Under the pieces are notes generated by a model. It searched no databases. It was given only the letters and a program-made list of their open reading frames with translations, and was not told where the DNA came from. The translations under genes and the position numbers were made by a program. Below, piece after piece: positions 11,626-23,399 of a stretch of DNA of 64,000 bases. Origin of the DNA: Mustelus asterias (lineage: Eukaryota); contig NC_135817.1 of NCBI RefSeq assembly GCF_964213995.1, positions 44,454,001-44,518,000 of the forward strand. Direction: 5' to 3'. Each line of letters starts with the position of its first letter. Position 1 is the first letter of the stretch.

Positions 11626-12160
11626 TTTGGCTATCTGTGGTCTGTTACAGCAGGTTTATCTTCCATTCATACCTTCTCCACAGATTCCCGGATTTTATAT
11701 TCTTGCAGACGCTTTTAATCTATGTAAAAAGGAGAAATTTTCAGAAGTTAAAATACAAACTTTTAAAAAATTTACAAATTGCACCTGTTTCTGAAGGAAA
11801 ACAATGGGATTGTATTATATTTTGATATTTTAAAGTCACAGAGGCTGTCTTTTGAGATTTGAGTTAATGTGCATTGTTGGATCCTGGTAGCTGGAGTTTT
11901 ATTTCACAGGTGGCTGTGTTTTACTTGATTAGAAATGGTACTTTCTTGATTTCAAGAAAAATAAGCAAAAAGTTTGGTGAACAAATAAATAGTTATTATT
12001 GCCACTCTGGAACAAATGCCCTGAGTGAGTTTAACATGACTTATCCACAGGGTCCAGCTAGATTGTCGCATTGTATCAGGTAACCTAGGTGAGGAAAGCA
12101 CCTTAAACACTGGACAATTCAATAAGCATTGTTTCCACCATGGGAGTACAGCTAATCTGT

Positions 12161-12513
12161 TAGAAACAGAATAGAAACAGAAACCCTACAGTACAGAAGG
12201 AGGCCATTCGGCCCATCGAGTCTGCACCGACCACAATCCCACCCAGGCCCTACCCCCATATCCCTACATATTTACCCACAAATCCCTCTAACCTACGCAT
12301 CTCATAACACTAAGGGGCAATTTTAGCATGGCCAATCAACCTAACCCGCACATCTTTGGATTGTGGGAGGAAACCGGAGCACCCGGAGTAAACCCACGCA
12401 GACACGAGGAGAATGTGCAAACTCCACACAGACAGTGACCCAAGCCAGGAATCGAACCCAGGTCCCTGGAGCTGTGAAGCAGCAGTGCTAACCACTGTGC
12501 TACCGTGCCACCC
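12161..12513 (-). mobile_element. HE1 / V-SINE
   Basis: Full head, V domain and CR1-like tail in reverse. Confidence 0.9.
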
Positions 12514-12552
12514 ATTGGCCATTGGATGATGAGGACACTAAAGCTGTAGTGT

Positions 12553-12840
12553 GGGCGGCATGGTGGCACAGTGGTTAGCACTGCTGCCTCACAGCGCCAG
12601 GGACCCGGGTTCAATTCCAGGCTTGGATCACTGTCTGTGCGGAGTCTGCACATTCTCTCCATGTCTGCATGGTGCTCTGGTTTCCTCCCACAGTCTGAAA
12701 GACGTGCTGGTTAGGTGCATTGGCCATGCTAAAATTCTCCCTCAGTGTACCCGAACAAGCACTCGAGTGTGGCAACAGGGGATTTTTACAGTAACTTCAT
12801 TGCAGTGTATGCCTGCTTGTGACACGAATAAATAAACTTA
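12553..12840 (+). mobile_element. V-SINE with alternative tail
   Basis: Same head and V domain, but tail cagtaacttcattgcagtg...aataaataaac. Confidence 0.85.
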
Positions 12841-13663
12841 ATTACCTATATTTATTGTCTGAACAATAAATAATGGCAAGAAACTTGCAACTGTTGGTAG
12901 GTGTATTTCAGCCGACAGAGTTTCCAAATTTGATGCTTAGTTGATTTCATGTATTACTAATATGTTTTTGAAGGCCTGGTAATCTGCAGCATCACAGATG
13001 CAATCCCAGCAGTTGATACAGTAAAATACCCTGTGGAACCAGGGCATGTCTTGAATTGGGGTACTGTTCTCATTTGCCCAACTTCCCTGCATATCACAAC
13101 TATCACAGCCTGACATATAGCCAGAAGGTTGTTTCCTGCTAGATATGAATAGAGCTATTGACAGCTTGTTGTAGCCATGTATTCCAGAGTGCGGTCGAGG
13201 CTTTCATAGTCAAACCACTGCTCAATAAATTGCAAAGGGACTATGATAGGATGGCTAACAGTTTCCAGGAAAAGCTCTGTCAAATGCAGATCAGGGAATC
13301 CCTGTAGTGCTGGGCCTTGCCTTTGGAACATGAGCATTGCTTCTGTTTTTCCCATTTTTGACATCAGCATCTACATAATTGACATTACCCACTGCATACC
13401 ACGTGAAAGATGGGCAATTACAAGCGATTGATAGTTACTGTAACCATTCAGATACTAAGGCAAGTAATGTGGAATATAAGATTATTGATCACCATAATGC
13501 TGATTTAGGAAATTGTGCAATATACAGTATCTTGTAACATATGTCAAGATTTTAAAGTATCAATGTCATCCCATATTTGAACTAGTTGGAAGAATTGTGC
13601 TTCTAAGTGTATGAGGGGAAACCATGGTTGATTTTTATTCTGCTTCTTAATATAGCTCATATA

Positions 13664-14008
13664 GGGCGGCACGGTAGCACAGTGGTTAGCACTGCTGCTT
13701 CACAGCTCCAGGGACCTGGGTTCGATTCCCGGCTCGGGTCACTGTCTGTGTGGAGTTTGCACATTCTCCTTGTGTCTGCGTGGGTTTCCTCCGGGTGCTC
13801 CGGTTTCCTCCCACAGTCCAAAGATGTGCGGGTTAGGTTGATTGGCCGTGCTAAAATTGCCCCTTAGTGTCGAGATGGGTAGGTTAGAGGGATTAGTGGG
13901 TAAATATGTAGGGATATGGGTGTAGGGCCTGGGTGGGATTGTGGTCGGTGTAGACTCGATGGGCCGAATGGCCTCTTTCTACACTGTAGGGTTTCTATGA
14001 TTCTATGA
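13664..14008 (+). mobile_element. HE1 / V-SINE
   Basis: Full-length copy, very similar to the reverse complement of 12161-12513. Confidence 0.9.
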
Positions 14009-16167
14009 TATAATTAATATTTTGTCGTTAGTTATGAAATTGGTGTACACAGTTTTTGCATCTGAAAATGCAATTCTACATGTGTCTGGAATGTTTAGTT
14101 CATTCTTGTTCACCATTGTTTCAGTAGGTGTGTAATACTGTATTGTATATATTTCTCAATTTATTAATCAAAGCAACGAGTACTGGACAAGGAGCTCTGT
14201 CTATTTTAAAATCAAATTACTGTGTAGTTTGAAAGGTATAGATACTTTAAAGTTGACAGTAAAAGTAGAATAAGGTATATATTTAAAAATATTTTAAATC
14301 TAGGAGCATTGAGTACAAATGAGTAGTGATGCTGTTGGTTGACATTGGTTAGATCACATTGTAGGATTGTGTGTAGTTCTGGGTAAAGAATCATTAGTAT
14401 GATATGCTGGAGGTTATAGTTATATAGGTTCAAATAATAATGTAACTTTTTCACTTGAACACAGAAGATTGGGAGAAGGAAGTCATGGGGGAGCACTTGA
14501 AAGGAAGGGATAAATAGTGAAATATTGTTAGCACATGCTAGAAAATCGGTAGCAAGGGCATAAATTTAGGATTGTCACTACAGAAATGAAGAGCGAAGTT
14601 AGAAGCTGTTGTTCTGATTATTACAACATGGAATGCTTCTCCACAAGTGACTATTGAGGCAGAGATATACATCATTTAAAAATGAAGTAGATACATATTT
14701 GAAAAGGGCATAAGATGTACTAGAAAAGGACACAGAAATTGAATTGAAGTGGATGGCTCCAGTTCATAGAAACATAGAAAATGGGAGCAGGAGGAGGCCA
14801 TTCAGCCTTTCGAACCTACTCCGCCATCATTATTCGTGGCTGATCATTCTACTCAGAGGCCTGATCCCCTTCACCTCAAGTGCTATATCTAACTGATTTT
14901 TGATATTGAAAACATTCAATATTTTGGTCTCAACTACTTTGTGGTAGTGAATTCCATAAGTTGACCACTCTCTGGGTGAAGAAATTTCTGCTCATCTGGG
15001 TGCTCATCTCTGTCCTAAACGGTCTCCTCAGACTGTGACCCCTGGTTCTGGATACCTCTCACCATTGGGAACATCCTTCTTACACCTACCCTGTATAGTC
15101 CTGTTAGAAATTTATAGGTTTCTATGAGAGAATTGAATCAAGACATCCCATGCCCCTGCACTCGAATCCTCTTGCTCTGCAGGCCAAAATATGATGGGTT
15201 AACTAGCTACCTTGTAAACAATAATTTGAGTCCTGTTATTTCAAAATTAAATTCCAAAGTGATGCCACATCCTTGCAATTAATGATCACATTAATTTTAA
15301 AACTTGGATCAGATGAATCATATTTGGCATTTGTGCTCATCTGTGTTCAGTAAAGCATACATCGCTACTTGGAGTTATTTCATCCCTTTGGTTTCCACTT
15401 GTTACAGTTACTTTTTCCTCTCAACATCTCCCCTATCCCACCCCTCACTAGTAGATGTTCACTCAAAAACCTTAAATTATCAGGAAGACAAGTGATTCAT
15501 AACATCAAGCCAGATCACAACAAATGTTTGACCATCTGCGTATATTGTGTAACTTATTCTCTCACCCTCCCTCTTTTTCTCTCAGAATTACTCCTAGTTT
15601 CAATTGCGACATCTTGATCAACCTGGAACCTTTTAGGCTTCCTCTTTTAGTAGAGGACTGCAGAGAATTAGACAAATTGTTAGATTTGTCCCGAATTGCC
15701 ATGTGATATTTGGCCATTGTTACCATGACAAATCGCATGCCCTAACTATCAGAAGGTGGGCTGGATGTCTCAGTTAAGAGTTATTTTCTTCAGGTATTCA
15801 TGTGCGCTTCTAGACTGTGAAATCTAGAAAAATTAGTATCTTACGAAGATATTAAGTTCAAGTTCAATATCACAATCTCTGGCGATTTTGCATATTAGAA
15901 AGTAGCTTCTGTCTGTAAATCATTTTGGGTTGTGTATCCTTTTAATTAGTAGAATTCTGCTACTTTTTAATCTTTCAGTATGGTCGACCTAAACTTTTCA
16001 AGCCTTTTTTTAAAACAAGTAACTTAACTGGCTCCAGCCGTCGAAGTTTAATCCATAAATCATTTATTTTTATCAGCCTATCTTTAAATTGGTGACATGT
16101 ACTTGGACCGAATACCTTGACTAATGGTTCCAAAACTGTTTACATCACAAAGTTTGTCATCGGCCAC

Positions 16168-16891
16168 AAGGAACAAAGAACAAAGAACAATACAGCACAG
16201 GAACAGGCCCTTCGGCCCTCCAAGCCCGCGCCGCTCCCCGGTCCAGGATTGAATCCTGAATCCAGGATCCCCGCCCAATTTTCCAGCCTATCTACATACC
16301 AATATCCTATCCACCGAGCTGTCCCTCACAGCTACGATGCTTTGTTCATTACAACCTATTAACTCACCCCCACCCCCCTATTCCAGACCATGTGATCCCC
16401 AGGGAGAGGCGAAAACCCAGAGTGAAAAACCCCAGGGCCAATATGGGGAAAAAAAAAAAATCTGGGAAATTCCTCTCCGACCCCCTGAGGCGATCGAAAC
16501 GAGTCCAGGAGATCACAATGGCCCTGATCGGGAAATGCTTCCCAACCCTAGTCATTTCCACTTCCACGAACACCATATGAATTCCCTGCCCCCGAGACAG
16601 GTTCCCAACTATCCGCAGTCTCGCTCTGTACTGGCACCAGCAAGATGATCATAGAATGAAGCCTTGAAACGAGAAACAAGGAACAATTAGCCCGCGCCGC
16701 TCCCTGGTCCAAACTAGACCACTCTTTTGTATCCCTCCATTCCCACTCCGGTCATATAGCTGTCTAGATAAGTCTTAAACGTTCCCAGTGTGTCCGCCTC
16801 CACCACCTTGCCCGGCAACACATTCCAGGCCCCCACGACCCTCTGTGTGAAATATGTCCTTCTGATATCTGTGTTAAACCTCCCCCCCTTC
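16168..16891 (-). mobile_element. 3' fragment of a second young CR1 family with a long 3'UTR
   Basis: ORF2 C-terminus (FTQRVVGAWN...GYKRVV*), ~540-bp 3'UTR and (TTCTTTG)n tail; near identical to 39212-39927. Confidence 0.9.
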
Positions 16892-19850
16892 AAAGAACAA
16901 AGAACAAAGAACAGTACAGCACAGGAAACAGGCCTTCGGCCCTCCAAGCCTGTGCCGCTCCTTGGTCCAACTAGACCAATCGTTTGTATCCCTCCATTCC
17001 CAGGCTGCTCATGTGACTATCCAGGTAAGTCTTAAACGATGTCAGCGTGCCTGCCTCCACCACCCTACTTGGCAGCGCATTCCAGGCCCCCACCACCCTC
17101 TGTGTAAAAAACGTCCCTCTGATGTCTGAGTTATACTTCGCCCCTCTCAGCTTGAGCCCGTGACCCCTCGTGATCGTCACCTCCGACCTGGGAAAAAGCT
17201 TCCCACTGTTCACCCTATCTATACCCTTCATAATCTTGTATACCTCTATTAGATCTCCCCTCATTCTCCGTCTTTCCAAGGAGAACAACCCCAGTCTACC
17301 CAATCTCTCCTCATAGCTAAGACCCTCCATACCAGGCAACATCCTGGTAAACCTTCTCTGCACTCTCTCCAATGCCTCCACGTCCTTCTGGTAGTGCGGC
17401 GACCAGAACTGGACGCAGAACTCCAAATGCGGCCTAACCAGCGTTCTATACAGCTGCATCATCAGACTCCAGCTTTTATACTCTATACCCCGTCCTATAA
17501 AGGCAAGCATACCATATGCCTTCTTCACCACCTTCTCCACCTGTGTTGCCACCTTCAAGGATTTGTGGACTTGCACACCTAGGTCCCTCTGTGTTTCTAT
17601 ACTCCTGATGACTCTGCCATTTATTGCATAACTCCTCCCTACATTATTTCTTCCAAAATGCATCACTTCGCATTTATCCGGATTAAATTCCATCTGCCAC
17701 CTCTCCGCCCAATTTTCCAGCCTATCTATATCCTGCTGTATTGCCCGACAATGCTCTTCGCTATCCGCAATTCCAGCCATCTTTGTGTCATCCGCAAACT
17801 TGCTGATTACACCAGTTACACCTTCTTCCAAATCATTTATATATATCACAAATAGCAGAGGTCCCAGTACAGAGCCCTGCGGAACACCACTGGTCACAGA
17901 CCTCCAGCCGGAAAAAGACCCTTCGACCACTACCCTCTGTCTCCTATGGCCAAGCCAGTTCTCCACCCATCGAGCCACTTCTCCTTGTATCCCATGAGCC
18001 TTAACCTTCTTAACCAACCTGCCATGTGGGACTTTGTCAAATGCCTTACTGAAATCCATATAGACGACATCCACGGCCCTTCCTTCATCAACCGTTTTTG
18101 TCACTTCCTCAAAAAACTCCACCAAATTTGTAAGGCACGACCTCCCTCTTACAAAACCATGCTGTCTGTCACTAATGAGATTGTTCCGTTCTAAATGCAC
18201 ATACATCCTGTCTCTAAGAATCCTCTCCAACAACTTCCCTACCACGGACGTCAAGCTCACCGGCCTATAATTTCCTGGGTTATCCCTGCTACCCTTCTTA
18301 AACAACGGGACCACATTCGCTATCCTCCAATCCTCAGGGACCTCACCCGTGTCCAAAGAAGCGACAAAGATTTCCGTCAGAGGCCCAGCAATTTCCTCTC
18401 TCGTCTCCCTGAGCAGTCGAGGATAGATGCCATCAGGCCCTGGGGCTTTGTCAGTTTTAATGTTCCCTAAAAAACCTAACACTTCCTCTCTCGTAATGGA
18501 GATTTTCTCTAACGGGTCAACACCTCCCTCCGAGACACTCCCGGTTAACACGCCCCTCTCCTTCGTGAATACCGATGCAAAGTATTCATTTAGGATCTCC
18601 CCTATTCCCTTGGGTTCTAAGCATAATTCCCCTCCTTTGTCCCTGAGGGGTCCGATTTTCTCCCTGACAACTCTTTTGTTCCTAACGTATGAATAGAATG
18701 CCTTAGGATTCTCCTTAATCCTGCCTGCCAAGAACATCTCGTGCCCTCTTTTTGCCCTTCTAACTCCCCGTTTGAGATCTTTCCTACTCTCTCTGTATTC
18801 CTCCAGAGCTCCATCTGTTTTCAGTTGCCTGGACTTAACGTACGCCTCCCTTTTCATTTTAATCAGATCCTCAATTTCCCTGGTTATCCACGGCTCTCCA
18901 ATCCTACCTTTCCTATCTTTCCTTTTTACAGGCACATGCCTATCCTGCAGCCTTATCAATAGTTCCTTAAAAGACTCCCACATGCCAGACGCGGACTTAC
19001 CCTCGAACATCCTCTCCCAATCAACATCCACCAATTCCTGCCTAATCCGGCTATAGTCAGCCTTCCCCCAATTTAGCACCCTGCCCGTAGGACAGCACTC
19101 ATCCTTGTCCATTACTATCCTAAAGTTAACAGAGTTGTGGTCACTATTTGCCACATGTTCCCCTACCGAAACTTTGACGACCTGACCGGGCTCATTTCCC
19201 AGAACTAGGTCCAGTATAGCCCCCTCTCTAGTCGGGCTATCTACATACTGTTCCAAAGAACCTTCCAGTACGCATTTTACAAATTCCTCCCCGTCCGGTC
19301 CCCCAGCTCTAAGCACTTTCCAGTCTGTGCCAGGGAAATTAAAGTCCCCCACTACAACAACCCTATGTTTTCTGCACCTATCCAGAATCTCCTGACATAT
19401 CCTTTCCTCCACTTCCCGTGGGCTGTTGGGTGGTCTGTAGTACACCCCCAGCATAGTGACTGCACCCTTCCTGTTTCTGAGTTCCACCCACAGCGACTCA
19501 GTACATGACCCCTCTAAGTTGTCTACCCTCTGCACCGCGGTAATATGCTCCTTAACTAATATCGCTACTCCCCCACCTTTTTTAGCCCCTCCTCTGTCTC
19601 GCCTAAAACACTGATACCCCGGAATATTCAGCTGCCAGTCCTGTCCTTTTAACCAAGTTTCCGTCACCGCAACCACATCCAAATTCCGCACAAGCATTAA
19701 GGCCCTAAGTTCGTCTGTTTTACCCGTTACACTCCTCGCATTGAAGCAGATGCACTCCAGACCTCCAGGCCCAGTCAGGTCCTCCTCCTCCAGAGTGCTC
19801 CTCTTCTTAGCTAGCCTTGCCCTGGCCCCCAGCTCGACCCCAGGCTTCAT
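16892..19850 (-). mobile_element. CR1-clade LINE (HER1-like), 5'-truncated near the ORF2 start
   Basis: ORF2, short 3'UTR and (TTCTTTG)n tail at 16892-16912; no ORF1. Confidence 0.95.
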
Positions 19851-19871
19851 AATAATGATGTATAATGTCAA
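16971..19871 (-). CDS. CR1 ORF2: AP endonuclease + reverse transcriptase, uninterrupted
   Basis: APE motifs FNARS, TETWL, GDFN, LDLVL, SDH; RT motifs YRPVSLTS, DFSKAFD, GVPQGSVLGPLLF, FADD. The first ~7 residues are probably read-through from the flank. Confidence 0.92.
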   Translation of the reverse strand: MTLYIIIMKPGVELGARARLAKKRSTLEEEDLTGPGGLECICFNARSVTGKTDELRALMLVRNLDVVAVTETWLKGQDWQLNIPGYQCFRRDRGGAKKGGGVAILVKEHITAVQRVDNLEGSCTESLWVELRNRKGAVTMLGVYYRPPNSPREVEERICQEILDRCRKHRVVVVGDFNFPGTDWKVLRAGGPDGEEFVKCVLEGSLEQYVDSPTREGAILDLVLGNEPGQVVKVSVGEHVANSDHNSVNFRIVMDKDECCPTGRVLNWGKADYSRIRQELVDVDWERMFEGKSASGMWESFKELLIRLQDRHVPVKRKDRKGRIGEPWITREIEDLIKMKREAYVKSRQLKTDGALEEYRESRKDLKRGVRRAKRGHEMFLAGRIKENPKAFYSYVRNKRVVREKIGPLRDKGGELCLEPKGIGEILNEYFASVFTKERGVLTGSVSEGGVDPLEKISITREEVLGFLGNIKTDKAPGPDGIYPRLLRETREEIAGPLTEIFVASLDTGEVPEDWRIANVVPLFKKGSRDNPGNYRPVSLTSVVGKLLERILRDRMYVHLERNNLISDRQHGFVRGRSCLTNLVEFFEEVTKTVDEGRAVDVVYMDFSKAFDKVPHGRLVKKVKAHGIQGEVARWVENWLGHRRQRVVVEGSFSGWRSVTSGVPQGSVLGPLLFVIYINDLEEGVTGVISKFADDTKMAGIADSEEHCRAIQQDIDRLENWAERWQMEFNPDKCEVMHFGRNNVGRSYAINGRVIRSIETQRDLGVQVHKSLKVATQVEKVVKKAYGMLAFIGRGIEYKSWSLMMQLYRTLVRPHLEFCVQFWSPHYQKDVEALERVQRRFTRMLPGMEGLSYEERLGRLGLFSLERRRMRGDLIEVYKIMKGIDRVNSGKLFPRSEVTITRGHGLKLRGAKYNSDIRGTFFTQRVVGAWNALPSRVVEAGTLTSFKTYLDSHMSSLGMEGYKRLV

Positions 19872-20854
19872 GAAACTGTGTCATAAATGTGGGAAAATCA
19901 AAACAAGCATTTGAGATTGTGTAATAGTTTGGGAATTTGCTTAAGTGTAACTCCTCAGCCAACCTTGCAATAACTGGTGAGTTTGCACAAGAAAAAAATG
20001 GAAAGGGGCCAATATAGATTTTCTGCTAAAGACCTCAGCCAAGTATCCAAGACTGTCTGAATTGGGAAAAGAAGGCGACGAACAGAGGGAGTTGTTGCTT
20101 ATTGCTAATCTCCCTAATGAAATAAGATCAAAAGGTTTTGAAAATTGCAACTGCTGAACAACAAATGCCCAACACTGTGGTTAGGTGTGCCAGCTTGTTT
20201 TCCATTAACAAACAAGCAGTTCTCTGTTCATCAGTGCAGTTAATCATTGTGGTAAATTTGTTCAGTAATGGTTCCAAGTTTAAAATTTATCAACTAACTA
20301 GATTTGAGGAAATGATCTAATTGTTGCTGAGGTTGCTGTTCAAATCATTAACATTTCTACTGATTTGTATGTTTAAAACCAATCGTCAAAGGTCTGATCA
20401 ACTGCATAAACTACATCTGATATTTTTTGTCAAACATTAAACTATATCTACATTAGGACCTTGCATAATGATAGTGATGAGGTGAATTCAGACATAATGA
20501 GAGGAAGTTTGGGTTGCATAGACAGACTTGCGCCAAGGGAGATGGGCATTCCATGGGCCGCCAAGTATTCTCCAATGACATCACTGAAGAATGCTGTGCT
20601 GATTGCACAGATTGCCTAAGGGGAATCAATACAAGTCTGTATAGCCACTAAGTGAGCAAATTCTTCCCCAATGAATGTATTTCTTGCAGACCAGGAAATC
20701 ACCAGGTCTTTGGCTAAGTTATCTTTTACCTGAATGCTACTTGAAATGTTGCAATTAAGCTCAACACAGTTTGGTTAAGGAAGTGAAAAAGCAAGATTTC
20801 TTGTTCATGTTCACTACCATACAATCCCTGCTCAAAGTGGATTGACTTGGAGTT

Positions 20855-22241
20855 GCTTTTTATATTCCTACATTTAAATAAACTGCTAATACTTGCTGCC
20901 TAGTACCACACATTTGAATTGCCACTTGGACAAAGAACTGAAGTGGATTTGTGCCCATGGAGCCTCACATCATCAAGGAATCCATAACTGCAAGAAAATA
21001 GGGAACAGAAGATAATGGTTGGAAGCAAAAATAAATTAGCTGGCGAGGTCATCTTGACATTGGACTTCTAAAGCTAAAGGATATAGTTCTAAAAACAGAT
21101 TAAAGGAAATTATTTTTGAGTGACTTAGCCTATCTGAGCAATAGAGATTGTATAGTTTACTGCCAGCAAATGTGTTGTGGGTTTTCTCTGCATGTTTCCA
21201 TCTCTTTAATACATACTTTTTAGTAATCAGAAGATGAAACTGTACTCTACTCAAGGATTGGTCTGACATGTTTTATCTAAGTTTAATTACAATTTTGTCC
21301 AATCTGTACTGTTTCCACTATTATCAACTTGGCTTATTAGGTAGCATTCAGAGTTGAAAGGTTGAAAGTTCCAGCTGCACTATAGATCTGGAACATATAA
21401 TTGATATTTCACACTGTAGTACAGAGAAAATGCTGCATTATCTGAGTTGCAAATCCTTCTGAGACTCTATCTTCTTGCACCATGATTCAGGTAGATCTGA
21501 AAGATCCATGGCAATATTTGAAGAGTTCTCCCAGTATATTTGCCAACAATTCCACTTAAATTTAACACCATCAAAAATGGATTAGCTTGTCATTAATTTC
21601 AGTGCTGTTTGTGAAGATATTACTGTTTAAATGTCTGCCTCATTTCCCTACATTACTGAATGCACTTATAGTAATTTATGGGATGTGAGAGATTTTAGAA
21701 CAACAGAGCAGAGAAGGCTGAGGGGGGACCTCATCGAGGTGTACCAAATTGAGGGACATAGGGTAGATTGAAGAAACTTTTCCCCTCCGTCAAGATGTCA
21801 GTGACCAGGAGACAGATTTACGGTAAGGAGCAGGAGATTTAGAGGGGATTTGAGGAAAAACTTTTTCACCCAGAGAGTGGTTGGAATCTGCAACTCACTG
21901 CCTGAAAAGGTGATGGACGCAGGAATCCTTAACATTTAAGAAGCATTTGGATAAGCACTTGAAATGCCATAGCATACAGGGCTATTGACCAAGTGCTGGA
22001 AAGTGGGATTAGAATAGATTGGTGTTTGATGGCTGGTATAGACCCAATGGGCCGAAGGGACTTTTGCTGTGCTGTAAAACTGTATGACACATGTCAGTAT
22101 AATTGCAGTTATGGATTCCTTGATGATGTGAGGCTCCATGGGCACAAATCCACTTCAGTTCTTTGTCCAGTGGCAATTCAAATGTTTGGTACTAGGCAGC
22201 AAGTATTGGCAGTTTATTTAAATGTAGGACTATTAAAAGCA
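20855..22241. repeat. ~130-bp near-identical inverted repeat pair (20855-20993 and 22103-22241)
   Basis: Direct comparison of the reverse complement shows only a few mismatches. Confidence 0.9.
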
Positions 22242-23399
22242 GGTCAGTATAATTTCAGCTTTTTTCCCACTTTGTTCTCTTTCTTTTCAATCTTTCAATG
22301 ATCAGACAACATAATCATTCAGCCTACTAAGGTTTTTCAAATTCACTGCTAGTTATTTCTTGAGCCTTCCTGTTTTTCTTGTTTGCAGCATTTGTTTATG
22401 CTACATTTCATGCCATTGGTCCACCCACTTAAGTATTTTGTTGCTTTTTGTACTTTGGCAGGTTGCCTTTTCTAATTTGGTACCTTTAATATTTGGCCAA
22501 TTTTCATTGAAAATGCGAGTTACGTTAACACAAGCCTATCAGTTAATTTGGCTCGGGATTATTGTGTGACACAGATATGAAAGAAAAAAGGAAAGTGAAA
22601 ATATGCAATGTGTAAATATTTCTTTAGTTTACAAAATATGTTCAAGCCATTCAGCTGAAACTATAGAAACACCATACTATACTTTGGAACCTAGATGGGT
22701 AATAGATAGCGTACCGCTGTTCCCTCGGGTTCTGTTTTGAATTTTTCGGGCATAATCAGACAAATAATTCTGATGTGCTATATTGAGAAGTTCTATGAAC
22801 AATGTGTGATGCACTCCTGTTTTCTGCATTGTCTAGAGAAGAAATCATTCTACAGTAAGTTTTGCATTAATTTTAAATTTGTCAGCCTCTGGGGTAACTG
22901 ATGTGCTGTACTATCAGTTAAATGAGACACTTTTGGCACAAATAACCCTCATGTGACCTGCCCAATAACAACAGAACTCTTGCTATGGAGGAATAAGAGG
23001 TACTGCAGCGTAAGTACCAATGAATTATTGACTAATAGAATATTTGCAGCAGAGAAGGAAGCTATTTGGTCCATCATGTCCAGATCATCTCTTTGTAAGA
23101 GCAACTCAGCTAGTCCTTTCTCTGCAGCCCTGCATTTGTTTCTTCAGATGTGCATTTCCTTTTAAAATCCATTGTTGAACTTAACTCCTCGACACTCTCG
23201 AAATGTATTCCAGATCCTAACCACTTGCTGTGTTTTTAAAAAAACATTTTTCTCTCCTGTCACCATTGGTTCAAAGTCATTGGCAGCAAAAAAAATCAGA
23301 GTCTTCTAGTTATCTAACTTTCTGCCCTATGGAGCAGCACTTCTCTATCTAATCTATCTGGACCCTTCAGGGTTTTGAACATCGTTATCAAATCTCCCC

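Noticed and set aside
12553-12625. tRNA gene
   Set aside because: tRNA-like A/B boxes run directly into the V domain; this is a SINE head.
12310-13867. Recurrent short ORFs such as HGSTVVSTAASQ and GGTVAQWLALL
   Set aside because: Translations of HE1 SINE sequence.
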